Shown: one piece after another, positions 39,834-55,240 of the stretch
How the letters are laid out: each line of letters starts with the position of its first letter
Numbering within the stretch: the stretch's first letter is position 1
Assembly (NCBI RefSeq): GCF_009914755.1
Contig: NC_060931.1
Strand: one strand, 5' to 3'
DNA length: 64,000 bases
Source of the DNA: the human T2T-CHM13v2.0 reference genome, Homo sapiens
Notes under the pieces: model-generated
Databases searched by the model: none
What the model saw: the letters and a program-made list of their open reading frames with translations, nothing else
What the model was told of the DNA's origin: nothing
Position numbers and translations under genes: made by a program

Positions 39834-39966
39834 AGTTCCACTCAGTTACAGAATATGCTGAGCTGGTCAGGCTTTTCCCCAAGTGGGAGGATGTTTCTGT
39901 GGAGGATCAGAGCAGACAGCAACATGCTGCCTGTGTTCCTTGATTCTTAAGAGAGAGGGAAGGAGA

Positions 39967-40565
39967 AGTTACTGGAAAGGAATCCTGATCTTGGGGAGGG
40001 TTCTTAGATCTCCTGCAAGAAAGAATTTGGGGTGAGTCCACAGAGTGAAGAAAGAAACTTTATTAAGCAAGTAAAGGAGTAAAAGAATGGCTGCCCCACA
40101 GGCAGAGCAGCTGCGAGGGCTGCTGGTTGGCTATTTTTATGGTTATTTATTGATTATATGCTAAACAAGGATGGGTTATTCATGAGTTTTTAAGGAAAGG
40201 GGCAGGGATTTCCCAGAGCTGAGGGTTTCTCTTCCTTTTAGACCTTATAGGGTAACTTCTGGATGTTGTGTAAACAGTCATGACGTTGGTGGGAGTATTG
40301 TTTAGCAGGCCAATACATTATAATTGGCATATAATGAACATTGAGGATGACCAGAGGCCACTTTCATCACCATTTTGGTTTTGGCTTCCTTCTTTACTGC
40401 ATCTTCATTTATCAGCAGGGTGTTTGTGATGTTTATCTTGTGACCTCATATCCCATCCTGTGACTAAGAATGTCTAACCTCCTGGGGATGTGGCCCAGCA
40501 GGTCTAAGCCTCATTTTATCCAGATCCTATTCAAGATAGAGTCACTGGTTCAAAGGCCTCTGACA
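39967..40565 (-). mobile_element. MER41B ERV1 solo LTR
   Basis: Reverse complement begins TGTCAGAGGCCTTTGAACCAG and ends CCTTTCCAGTAAC; internal blocks match the MER41B consensus as I recall it. Confidence 0.9.
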
Positions 40566-40774
40566 AGGGGACAGAACCACTTGTGGCCAAGTCCTCCCAA
40601 ATGCAACAACCAGTGGACAGGAGAGTGGAGAGAGGCCTGGAGTGAATGTTAATGGAATTTCCTCCATGTTGAAGGAAGCATAAGGCAAGTGACCTCACAG
40701 GGTTAACAGGAATTCTGAACAGAAATATATAGATATACTTAAGCATTCTTCTGGCTGTACTTTGACCCATTTCT

Positions 40775-41087
<313 letters not shown>

Positions 41088-41515
41088 GACCCATTTCTTT
41101 GTAACCAAAATTTATGTAACACCAGATACTGACCATTTGTATCCCCATTGTTCCTATAGATAGGATTCTGGTTTTCGTTCAAGATAGTGTCCCTGACACT
41201 AGAATCATAAGCTCTTGGTGAAGAATTACTTAAGCAGATCCTGGATTCTAGTGGAACAACTAACACCAACCAGTTTAAAGACCCCCACAGAGGAACCAAA
41301 TCAGCAAGAGAATACCGTTTCTTCATCTCCCTGCCCCATGACTTCACCCCACAATTTTCAACCAATCAGTGGTCTCCACACTTTGGCCCACTCCAAAACC
41401 CTTAAAAACCCTACCCCCAAACTCCTCTGGGGAAAAGATTTGAGCTTTCTTCATGTCTCCTCATTTGGTGGCCCTAAGATTAAAGTTCTTTTTCTGCTGC
41501 AGCCCAGTGTCTCAG

Positions 41516-41909
41516 TGTATTAGTCTGTTTATGTTGCTATAAAGGAATACCTGAGAAGGGTAATTTATAAAGAAAAGAGGTTTATTTTGCCTCAGGGTTC
41601 TGCAGGCTCTACAGGAAGCATGATGCTGGCAACTGCTTCTGGTCAGGGCCCCAGGAAGCTTACAATCATGGCAGAAGGTGAAGGGAAACCAGCATGTCAC
41701 ATGGCAAGAGTGGAAGCAAGAGAAATGCCAGACTCTTAAACAACCACCTCTCACATGGACTAATAGAGTGAGAACTCATTACCACAGGGAGGGTACTTCA
41801 TGAGGGATCTGTCCCCATGACCCAAACACCTCCCAGCAGGCCCACCTGCAACATTCGAGGTTACATTTCAACATGAGTTTTGGAGGGGACACACATCCAA
41901 ATCATACCA
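41516..41909 (-). mobile_element. MSTB-type MaLR solo LTR
   Basis: tgtattagtctg...gctataaaggaatacctgag...catccaaatcatacca; TSD ctcag (41511-41515, 41910-41914). Confidence 0.92.
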
Positions 41910-42214
41910 CTCAGTGTATTGACTTACCACATGCATGAACAATGAACCTATTATGGTTACATTAAGGAGTGGGAACCAAGTGTCTGCCCCATCACCCACC
42001 TACCACCAACCCCTTCAGACAAGCCTCCTCTGGGTGACCTAAGTAGGTATTTGGTTCTTCTCCCATCACTGGAAATTTCTGTCCTGTCCAATTTCCTTTA
42101 TACATAGTGCTCACTCTTCAGCATTATTTCTCCCCTCAACCATCCTCACCCAGTAGAATGGGATCATGATGATACTCTAATGACCATTCCTTTCTCACAT
42201 CCTTATATAGCTAA

Positions 42215-42778
<564 letters not shown>

Positions 42779-43279
42779 GTCTAAAATATAGATGAGTTTC
42801 ACATCAGTCCTTTAAGTTCTGAAAGAGCTTCATTAGTATGTATATGTAGCCTTTATCATTTACTCACTCTAAATAAAAACTACATTTGAAACAAAGAAAA
42901 TCGCATGGCTGTACTATAAGGATAATTTTTACATCTTGTAAAATTGTTTCCAGCCTTAAAAACTTCCTGAAAAATATGAAGGGAACTGTGTATTTGCTTT
43001 GAAGGAGCAGAAGGAAGAATAAAGTCTTGCATCAGTCAGAAGTATTTGATGTCACCATTGAAAAGGGAAGAAAACAGATAATCTATGGGGCCTATAGAAG
43101 CAAAAAGGAGTAATGAAAACTGTCTGCAGGACCAGAAGGCACAAGATCCTGCCTTCAGAGCTCCCTATCAGAGCCCTTGGCTCCTCTCTTCACACCCTGT
43201 TCCCTAACTCAGAGTCTAGTTTCCTCCCACCTTGGCCCTCATGCATTGGAACCGTTCACCAGACCACAGAGTCCCCAGA

Positions 43280-43400
43280 GATGTCAAGAGACTGGGTTCT
43301 GCTCCCATTGTGACTGCTTTCTATGTGGGAGACCTTGGGCAGGTCACTGAGTGCCTCTGCCCCTTAGGTTTCACTCTCCTGTAAATTGGGGGTGGGCAGA
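43280..43400 (+). mobile_element. MIR fragment
   Basis: gactgggttct...gaccttgggcaggtcact...ctgtaaattgggg. Confidence 0.65.
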
Positions 43401-44410
43401 GTTATCTTACTGTGCTTGCCCAACAGTAATCAAATCTGATGTTTTTTAAAAGCCTATATGAAAGGTAAGGTATTATGAAATTGTCAGTGTTTTTGTTTTT
43501 GTTGAAATGTCTGAGTTGCAAATGAAATTTTTTTATCTATCCAAGATATAAATTAGAGTTAACTGATATTTGAAAACTTAAGTACCTTATTTCATATTTC
43601 TCATACCCATTTTTGCTTATTTATTTTTATAGTATTTAACTTTTATATGGATTAGAGAAAATATAGAAAATAACTGAATTTTTACCATAATAAAATAATT
43701 CTTCAAGGGGTGGAAAAAAAACTTCAAAAATTGTATTTCATTGTGACCCATTCTTTTCTGTTTGTTGTTTATTCAGCTTTCATTTTTATGCCTTTGTTTA
43801 CAGAGAAACAATCTTGCAGATGGCAATTTTCCTTGTAATCATTTATTGTCCTATCTGAGTCATCGCCAGACATGGCATTTCAGTAAACAGTGATTCTGCA
43901 ATTGCTTCCAGGCAGATGTGTTGTGTGAAGTTAAGAACGCTGGCTGATAACCTTTCTGGTTTTTCAAGCAGCAGGGAGAAAGTTTTGTGTAGATACACAC
44001 CTCGAAATCAGAAAATGGCGAAGGAAGGACTTTGTGCTGCATGATTTTAACCAAATATAGTGTTTGTGTGATGGATGGAATAGTAATCTTTTTAAAAGAT
44101 AAATAATATTTCTTCGAGTAAAGGACTTTTTATAGTGCGTTATACGTATTTTCTTAGAAACATCGTGCATGTGCATTGTTAAACACAACGTTGACCTTGT
44201 TGTACAGACATTTGTATCACCTTGTCCACTCAGGTTCCTGTGGTCTCATGCCTGTAGCTAAGCAAACCAAACTCCTCATGCATTGGTTTTTCCAGTGTAA
44301 ATTGGAGGTTCTCTTATCCCTCACTTTCAGACATAGGGGATTTCTTTTGCTTCACAAATATGTTTTTACAAACACGTATGCTCAAATATAATTTTTATTA
44401 TGTATCATAA

Positions 44411-44771
<361 letters not shown>

Positions 44772-44955
44772 TAATGTTTATTGAACACCTATTGTGTGCT
44801 GGGCCCTGCCCAACAATAATAATGTTGCACAAAACAGAGAACAAAGTAATAGGGTGGAATATGCATTGTAAACATTTTGTGGGTTAATTTATCTTAAATA
44901 TATAAGCTACCAATTTAGTTCTTGTTTCATGATTTTATAATTTAACAGGCTTATA

Positions 44956-45175
44956 AATATTTTTTATTACTTTAATCACTTTTTTTTTATTGCAATAGGT
45001 TTTGGGGGAACAGATGGTGTTTGGTACATGAATAAGTTCTTTAGTGGTGATTTCTGAGATTTTGGTGCACCCATCACCTGAGCGGTGTACACTATACCCA
45101 AAGTATAGTCTTTTATCCCTCACCCTCTCCCACCCTTTCCCCTGAGTCCCCAAAGTCTAATGAATCATTCTTATC
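44956..45175 (-). mobile_element. 5'-truncated L1PB1-like 3' end
   Basis: caataggttttgggggaacag...gagtccccaaagtc; perfect TSD aacaggcttata (44944-44955, 45176-45187). Confidence 0.9.
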
Positions 45176-46103
45176 AACAGGCTTATATTAAATCCTTCAC
45201 AATTTTCATGAGACTTTTCCTTGATTATAGCCATGAGTAAACTAAACTTTTGTGTTGCATATGGAGAAATTAAGCTTAGACAAGATTTTCATACTTTATC
45301 TCCAGTCAAGACTCATGACTTTTCCTTACATTAACAAATTTCTAACCATTAGTGTCAGCTAAGCCATCATCCATTTCTTTGGTAATCTTCCCTGCTGTGG
45401 ACATTCCTAAGATTGCCCAATTTTATAGAAAAAGCAATTTACAAATGGCTAAATTAGCGTCTGATTATGCTTCAAAGAAGTAGGCTAATAGGTAGTCTCT
45501 ATCATGTGTTAATCACAAACCATTAGTGATAATTAATAAATTAAAATGGGCCAATTATGAAATTCTGCTTATACTTACCCAAGTGTGTTTGTGTCTATCC
45601 TGTGTCCTTCAAGCCAGCCTACTCACCAACTTCATTTAGTAATGTAACCCAGTCAGGCACTAGCCTTAGGAATCAAAGTATTAAGTGAAGGCTAGTTTAT
45701 GCATTTGTTCATTATTCTTTCCTGCTGTAAGGATTATCTGTCATCTGGTTAATTATTACATATAAACATACACATCTACTCCAAGGCAAATCCACAAACG
45801 CTTACAAAGAGTAAGCCTTATGAAAAACTAACTTGGAGGACAGTTATCCATATCATAAAAGAGTTTTTATTTCAACATAATTTGCCTTAAGTCATAAGCT
45901 TTCCAAGTTTGTTTGAAATATGACTTGATTTATAAAATATGAATTTATTTGATTTTTCCAGAGTAAATCTAGATAAAACAGGATACATTTAGGTTGTGTG
46001 TGTATGTATTTATGAATGATATATGAGACCTGTTTATAATTACTGTTCTTAAAAAGTTAGCTTGTTTACTTTGAAACAAGGGAAATAGTGGTTTCTTCCA
46101 TGA

Positions 46104-46295
<192 letters not shown>

Positions 46296-46635
46296 TAAGT
46301 CCTTTTCGGTGAAACTGAACAAGTCACTATGATTACTTATGCCTCCGAGGATAAATAGTAACTTCTGCTCTTGCTATGCCATAGGTGCCTGAATACAGGG
46401 AAACAAGTGGTCTGCTGAAAGTCAGTGGAGAGCAGTACAGGGAGTGCCTTCCCAAGTGCTAAACTCCTTTAGTGCTAGAAATGAAAACTTTCTGTTAAAA
46501 ACAAAACAAAACAGAAATCAAGTCCTTAAGTTAAAACATTTAAACTATTTTTAATTGAGTGATTATGTACTAATATATTTCAATAAATAGGCAGTATATT
46601 AACTTGTAGAGAAAGGCTTAAAAATAATCCATTCA

Positions 46636-46928
46636 GCCGGGCACAGTGGCTCACGCCTGTAATCCCAGCACTTTGGGAGGCCTAGGCGGGTAGATCACGA
46701 GGTCAAGAGATCAAGACCATCCTGGCCAACATGGTGAAACCCCATCTCTACTAAAAATATAAAAATTAGCTGGGCATGGTGGCATGTGCCTGTCATCCCA
46801 GCTACTTGGGAGGCTGAGGCAGGAGACTCGCTTGAACCCCGGAGGTGGAGGTTGCAGTGAGCCTAGATCGCGCCTCTGCGCTCCTGCCTGGCGACAGAGC
46901 GAGACTCCGTCTCAAAAAAAAAAAAAAA
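46636..46928 (+). mobile_element. AluSc
   Basis: gatcacgaggtcaagagatc, cctggcgacagag; TSD aatccattca (46626-46635, 46929-46938). Confidence 0.95.
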
Positions 46929-47730
46929 AATCCATTCAAAATCCCGTTGCCTTACTAGTTCCAGCATCAAAGTACACTCCTTGAAAGTATTCTGTAGAAA
47001 AACTAGGGTATTTATTCTTTTTCACATGAGAAAACTATTTGCTCTCTAAGAGTTTACATGAAAATGTAGTTAGGATACTTTTGAAAACTATATAGAAATA
47101 TACTAACATTATTTAATCACCAAAATAATCATCTTTAAGACTTAAGGGGAATGTTAAGTACTAGGGTGGAAGGATTATCTTGAAATGTGAAACTTTCTAC
47201 GTAGTGACACACCTCTACCTGTATTCTAGTTGTAGCATATGAGGGTATTGCTGCATACAACTAGAGGGAGGTCAGAGACCTGGCCAGTGTGATTCACCAT
47301 GGTTCCCTAATGCCTAGCCCACAGTAGGTAGTTGAAAAGATTTGTTAAATGAATAAGTCAGTACAATCATGAGTAATAAGTAGAGACTAATATACTTTTA
47401 AGAGATATTTTTATTTTTTATATTTATATTTTTCACCGTGAACAAATATTTTGCAATCAAGGAAAAATCATCCTATTTAAAACATCTTATTTAAAGATGT
47501 GATATAGGAAGTAAATTCATGAGGAGGAAGAAAATCATCTTTCTCATGAAACTGTGCATTCATTCTTTCACTTATGCATGCAACAAGTATTTATTACACT
47601 GACCGTACTCAAGATACTGTGCATGGAGCTGAATATATAATGGTGAAAATAGGACACAAGGACATAGAAAAATGTCCATCTTATATGTTGAAGCAACTTG
47701 ATCTCTTTCATTTATTCAAACATTTGGTGA

Positions 47731-47967
47731 GGCTGGGCGTAGTGGCCCATACCTGTGGTCCCTGTGCTTTGGGAGGCCAAGGAAAGAGGATTGCTTGAGG
47801 CTAGGAGTTTGAGACCGGCCTGGGCAACATTGAGAGACTCATCTCTACAAAAAATTTAAAAATTAGCTGAGTGTGGTGGCACATGCCTGTAGTCCCAGCT
47901 ACTCAGAAGGCTGAGGTGGGAGAATTGCTTGAGCCCGGGAATTCAAGGCTCCCAGCCTGGGCAGCAG
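47731..47967 (+). mobile_element. AluJ, 3'-truncated and tailless
   Basis: TSD aaacattt(g/a)gtga (47718-47730, 47968-47980). Confidence 0.9.
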
Positions 47968-48098
47968 AAACATTTAGTGAGTGCTGGCCATAAGTAGCAT
48001 CTCTGATAGGAAATAAAAGTTGATATGTTTGGGATTTGGGAGATAACCACCAGGATGGTTCAAAAATCATCCACAATTACTTGAGTTTCGTTGCTTAG

Positions 48099-48429
48099 TG
48101 TCTTCTTTTATATGGGCTGCTACAGCAAAATACCATAAATTGGATACCTTATGAACAACAGAAATTTATTTCTTTAGTTCTGGAGGCTGGAAAGGCCAAG
48201 GTCAAGGTGCTGGCAGATTTGTGTCTGGTGAGGGCCCTTTTTTTTTTTGGTTTGCACTCTGGCTGTGTCCTCACATGATAAAGGGAGAACTCTAGTCTCT
48301 TCAGCCCCTTATAAGGGCACTAATCCCATTAATGCAGGCTCTCCCCTCCCACCCCCTAATACAGTCGCCTTGGGGATTAGGTTTCAACATACGAATTTTG
48401 GAGGGACACAAAGCATTCAGACCATAGCA
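48099..48429 (-). mobile_element. MLT1A-type MaLR solo LTR
   Basis: gggctgctacagcaaaataccat...gttctggaggctgg...cattcagaccatagca. Confidence 0.88.
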
Positions 48430-48927
48430 CTTAGTTATGTGATTCATTGGAAATGTCTGCAGAACTTGACTATTTTTCAAAGTTGATTCATTGATAGAAA
48501 GAATTCCAAGACTAATTCTTAAGGAAAGATGCTTTTAAGATTACAATCCACAGAGCTTTCAAACAAGCTCATTATTGTGCTACTTTCTAGTCTCTCTATT
48601 AATATAGTCAGTTGTTAATCATTAAGGCTGGATGTACATACTCATGCAGTAACAGATGTTTCAAAAGTGCCTTCTATGCAAGTACCGGCTGGGCAATGAG
48701 AGGACAGTGTTTGCTATCAGACAGCTCACTAATGTAGAAAAAAAGAAAAGTGGAGTGGGAGACTATAAATGAGACCACAGGGTTAAATCGCAATGCAAGA
48801 GGAAAACAATAAAATACTTCTAGAGGCTATATATGTTTTGCCACAGAAAAGCCAAATAGTAATTTACCTTGACAGTAAGCATCTAACATGGGATTTGTTA
48901 TTCCTCCCCTTTAAAATACAAAAATGA

Positions 48928-49591
<664 letters not shown>

Positions 49592-49609
49592 CTACCTAGA
49601 TATAGTCAA

Positions 49610-51080
49610 AAATGAGTCTTATCCAGCCTCCTCGATTTAAATTCTGTGTAGAAGTTGATGACTCCTAAAATATGTCTCTACCTAGACCTCTCCCCTGAGT
49701 TCTAGACTCTGTACCCAACTGCCTATGTAACATTTCACTTACAAATTTCTACACAGTTCAGCCTTTCCTTAACCCATAGAAGAACTATTGATACCTGGCC
49801 CCACCACCCTGGAGCCTCTCTGTGCCCAAGTTTTAATCATTCCTGTTTAATATCACCACCCTATATCTATATAGTGATTTAGAACCAATTCCCCCTGAGG
49901 TACCCTTGGCTCCTGTCTTTCCCTCACACTGCACATCCAGTCTATCAGCAAGTCCTGCCATCTTGCCCTCTATATCCGGAATGTGACTGCTGCTCAACGT
50001 CATCACTGTTAGAACAGTCTAAGCCACCCCTTTTACTAGGGCCCCATTCTTTCTCCTCCAGCCCATTCTCCACATAGCAGACAGAAATATGTCAGATCAC
50101 ATCACTCCTTGGCTTAAAAGCTCTATCTACTGTAACTAGAATAAATGCTAAGCTCCTTGCAGTGGGCTACAAGGAACTCCATACTCTCTCTAATCTCATT
50201 TTTCTCCCCATCCCCATCCACCAGCCACCTGCCGTTCTGTCTCTTGATGATGTTAAGCCCTTTCCTATCTCAGGCTTTGTATTTGCTAGTCATTTTTTAA
50301 ACCAGAGCTTCACTTGGCTTCCTCCTTATCATTCAAGTGTCACTTTTCATGACTACCTCAGCTAATGTGTCCTTCCCCCAGTCACTGTCACATAACTCTG
50401 TCTTATTTTCTCCATTACACTTAATCACTATGTCGGATTATTCATTTGCTATCTGCTTCTCCTGACTAGAATGAAAACAAACTTTGTATGTCTAGAATAG
50501 TGTCTGGTACACAGAAGTTACCCAATAAGTACTTGCTAACTGATCATCTAGATTTTATTTAATGTCTTTGTCCATCTGCCAGGTTAAAGGCCTAAATGTC
50601 ATTTTGACTCCTTCTTCTCACTCCCTCATTAAATCTATAACCAAGGCCTAATGTTTCTGCCTATCAAATATCTTCCAAATGTGGTTTCTCCTACACCAAC
50701 TAGGTCCTCATCTGTTCACTAGACTATTATTAGATGAGCAGTTTCTTCCCCAAATCTCTTTCTAAAAAAGAACAGCAGGGTTTTTTTTTTTTTACTTCCC
50801 CCCTCTAAAATCCCTTGAAACCTGCACAATGCAGCTGAAACCTTGAACCCTGTTCTAATGTCACTTCCTTTGTGAACCCTTTTCTCTGCTCCCCCAGCCA
50901 GAGACAACCCCAATGTCCTCTTAATGCTTAGATTGTCTTTTATGAGTTCACTATAGTGCAGGTTTTTGAAAGGCAGGGGCTATAGCTTAATTAGCTTTAT
51001 GACCTCAGCAACTATCACACTGTTAGACATATGTGATGTAACATAAATGCCCTGTCAATGATTTCTGGGTAGATAAATGA
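49610..51080 (+). mobile_element. L2 fragments
   Basis: ctagacctctcccctgagttctagactc...catccagtctatcagcaagtcctg...cagatcacatcactcc...gaatagtgtctggtacacag. Confidence 0.75.
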
Positions 51081-51524
51081 AAAATAAATAATCCACTTAT
51101 CTTTATTAAATTCTGTTTTCTACTTTACATAATAAACAGACAGTTGTATCTTTTCTCACCATAAAAAAATTTTCTTGCATTTCTTTGGAGTTATCCATTT
51201 AAAAATCTGTTAATTTACATTATTTTTGGCACTCTTACTACATTAGCAGGGAAAAGTTTAATAAATTCAGTTAGCTTTAAATATATATATACATCTGATT
51301 AAGAAATCATAACTATTTGCTAACTGGAAAGCCTCTAATTATTTTAATTTTTAATGACTAAGCAATGTTGAAATATTCTCTATAACGAGAACATAATTAG
51401 TAAATTAGCATGGGTTCCATAAAGCTTAAAAATAACATTTGTAGTTGCCAAAATATAGCTCAGTTTTCTAAGAACCTTTGGAGAAGGTGGCTTTTAGTAT
51501 ACCGAAAGAGGTTTCTTTTGGCAA

Positions 51525-51800
51525 GTTCAGATAAACATATAGATTGCCTCTTAGTTTCAAGGGATTGTGTTAGACATGGTGGTAGGGAGGATACAAAGAT
51601 ACCTAAGACCCAGTGACTCTGACTTACTGATGCAGGAATTCTCCATCTATTTGTGGAAAATTTAGCAAATCACTGTACTGTAAAGTGAAATAAAATAAGT
51701 TCCTTACGCGTCATAACTACAAAGGTAGCTGTGAGATTTCGATGGAAGAAGGATATTGTCTGGGGGAGTCAAAAAAGGCATCATGCATTAGATGAGCTTT
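51525..51800 (-). mobile_element. L2 3' fragment
   Basis: aaacatatagattgcctc...ggatacaaagatacctaagacccagt. Confidence 0.5.
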
Positions 51801-53942
51801 AAACTATGAATAATTTTGTCTACTTGTATGATTAATTTTTTATGATTAAGAAGTTCCTGGGAAATGAAATTCTTCATTAAGAACATTTTAGAAATACAGA
51901 AGCAAATCCTAATGTGAAATTGCTTTACACACGTGAATCTCAATGGCTGGTAATAAGGGGTTAAAAAATGAAATGAATGTAGCGTGGCCTATGCTACATT
52001 GTAATTTTAATGACAGTTAAAATATTTGTTAAGTGTCTGTGATATTTTTCATTACACGTCATAGCCCAAGTATATTTCAAAACTGTGTTCTCCATTCAAG
52101 TACATCTCTCGACCTTATGGAAATTCTAACATCTAGATGGAATAGAATTTAAAAAAGATCTGGTTTGGGCATCAAATAGGTTAGTTTTTACAGAGCTAGA
52201 TTATGGGATATTTTAGCGCATTTACACGAATGATTGTCTATGGAAAACAGCGTATTTGTATTAAGTAATTTGAGAGACTTTGCAGTTCATGAAAGTGATG
52301 ATAATTTAGCATTCACTCCAGAAAAATCGAAAGTTTTCAGTACTTCCTGAAGTAGTGTTTGTCTCTTCTTCACCTCCCTGTTTAGGTAGTTTCAGGTTTC
52401 TCTCAATAATAAATTAATTAATACTGCATCTACATCATAGTTTCCTATGTATCATCCTAAGATATTATCACCTAAAATAGGGTAACTTTAGGAGACACGT
52501 CACTGAACTATCTAATCATCAAAATGTGATTTTTACTAAGTTGTGCATTACTCTGTGTTTTAAGAGTCATTTGTAACTTTTAACAAAGTTCACCATGTTT
52601 TTGGTATGGAGAGAGTGAATGTGTATAAATCCATGTTTGGGCTTATTAAAATTAATGTCATTAGACTCTGATATTTGAGGGAAGAGTTACAATTCAACCT
52701 AATTATCCAATTAAAGGATTAGACACATCCTTTTCATTCTTCTTTTTTCCTTCTTGCCCTTCTGGGTAAATTTTGATAGTGAGTTGTAATGATGTTGCAT
52801 CTACTTCTACTGTGTTCTACTAGTCTTGGAGCCTGTAACTTACAGCTCAGGGAGATAAACCTGTAGGGGCCCAGTTTTGAGTTTTTGCCATTATGACTCA
52901 TCTCTTAAGAGAATAAACATTACATGTAAGCAAGTCGTCATTCTTTTTCAATTTGTAGTCTTGGAAAGTGTTTTATATTGTGAAAACTGGAACCGTATTA
53001 GCTAATAATTTACCAGCGGACCTGTTCTTTTTGGCTTTAAGGTGTATTTTGGGAATCGAGAATGTTAGTTTTAGTTTTTAATATAACTATGTCTAATTTT
53101 GGTGACTGAATTTTAATCTAGTTTTAGCAGATATTTTTAGGTTGTTTATTTTAAGTGTTGGTTGAACTTAAATTTCTTGTATTTGTAACTGCAGTTTTTT
53201 AAAAATTTGAACTTATTTTTGATCTCAAAGACTGAGGGATATTTTTATTTACTTATTTTTATTTACTTAGTGGCTTAAAGATAATAAAATACAAAAACAA
53301 GCCAATAAAATGCTCCCCACAAAACCATAATTCCATTTGTGTATTTGTCTTGAGTGATAACGAATTCACATATGCATATGGAGACACATATAAAATAATA
53401 ACTAACAGATGGTAGAGCTGCAAAGTAGGATTTATAAAGATTATTATCAGCTGGTGGTATTGAGATACTCCTGTGGTTATACTGACAGAAGACACAAAAA
53501 TTATTTATATTAAGAAACTGGCACTAACACCTTCCCCCAACTTCTGTTACCAAAGTAACTTATTGCATATTTAATATAAATTTCTTAATGAAGAGGTAAA
53601 ACAATCTTATGGCCAATTTGTACTAGCAAATTTAATAGAGTAGCAGAAATAGTAATTAAGGTAGTAGCAATAACAATAAAAACTGTTTTGCTAAAATTGT
53701 TAGGGGCATGATATTTCTAGTAGGTAAAGGAAGGATTTAAGGGACTTTGTTTATTCAGGTAATTTCAAACACACTTCTCAATTTAGTACACAGCGGTCAC
53801 TTTGGAATATTGTACAATTGTAAACAAAAGCTTGAGTTCTTTTGAGCTAGGTATGGAAGCTGCATTGTATATGAAGCTGCATTATAGAATTCATAGTTCA
53901 GTAATTTAGGGAAAAGTTGATTCTTTTGTTCATTTCTTTTTA

Positions 53943-54260
53943 AAAACTTTTATTTTTAATGGACAAGTAATAATTGCATGTATTTATGGGGTACGGTGTG
54001 ATGTTTTGACACATGCTTACAATGTGAAATGATTAAATCAGGCTAATTAACAAATCTATCCCCTTACGTGCTTATCTTTTTTCATGGTAAAAACATTTAA
54101 AATCTCTTTTAGCAATTTTGAGTATACAGTGTATTGTTATTTATTAAAGTCACCATTCTGTGCATTAGATTACTAAAGCTTATTCTTCCTGTCTTACTGA
54201 GACTTTGTCCCTTTTGATCAGCATCTTCCCTTTCCCTACCCACTCCCTTCCCTCAGCCTA
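53943..54260 (-). mobile_element. L1MA-type 3' end
   Basis: tatttatggggtacggtgtgatgttttgac...gattaaatcaggctaattaaca...gtcaccattctgtgca. Confidence 0.85.
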
Positions 54261-54769
54261 AAATTTGATTTTCTGAAAAAAGTATGAGATGCACATTTTA
54301 ATAAAACATGTTCACTCTTCTTCTGATGTGTTTTCATACATCCATTATGTCTTTCATAGAGCTATAGGAGCCTTCAGATTCTGTAGGGACGCGTTTCCTT
54401 GTTGCTTTTATTTCAGATAGTTATTGAAATGAATGAAAATATCCTTGAGATTTGTGAATCCCATGTGATACAGACTTTGGTTACTACTCCTCAAAGAATG
54501 GAATAAGATTACTGCATTAAAAACTGGGTTTTGTGTAGAAAGGAATTGGGGACTCAAAGTATAGAAAAAAGGAGACTGGAGGGGGAGATTTTCAAGAACA
54601 ATTTCAAAAATAGCAACAGTTCTTCTAGTGGATGCCAGGATTTCAGTTTTAAGAATTTTTTAGTACAAAATGGTATATAATAAGTATATTAATTTAAAGC
54701 ATCGGGGGGTTACAAAGATGATTATGAAACTCTTTACTCACACAAGATATTCATAGTCAAAATACAAAT

Positions 54770-55240
54770 ATAATGGATATTGCTATTGAAGGCAGTTTAA
54801 ATTGGTACAACTATTCTTGGAGAGCATTTTGGCAATAGGTATTAAGAGCCATAAAGATGTTAATATACTTTGACAGTAATTCCACTTTTAGGATTCTGTT
54901 CTAAGAAAATAGTCTTTTAAATCCACAAGTTGTATGCTAAAAAAGATGGCATATTCAGTCAGTGCAATATTTTTCAGTTTTTATAAATGACACTGATGAT
55001 GAGTTTTCAATAAAATATACAGATATAGTACTTAATTTTATAATTTTAGTTAAAAATGCAATATACAAAATTGTATATACAGTATGATTGCTGCTATATA
55101 AAAACTATGCAGAAAAAGATGATGTAATACATAAAAACATTAAGAGTACTTGCATTTGGGATGATAGCTACATAGGTTAAATCATTCTTTCCAGTGTTCT
55201 GATCTTCCAATTTGTCTATAATGAATGTATCTTATATTTT
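54770..55240 (+). mobile_element. L1ME-type fragment
   Basis: taaattggtacaactattcttggagagcattttggcaata...cagtaattccacttttagga. Confidence 0.6.
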
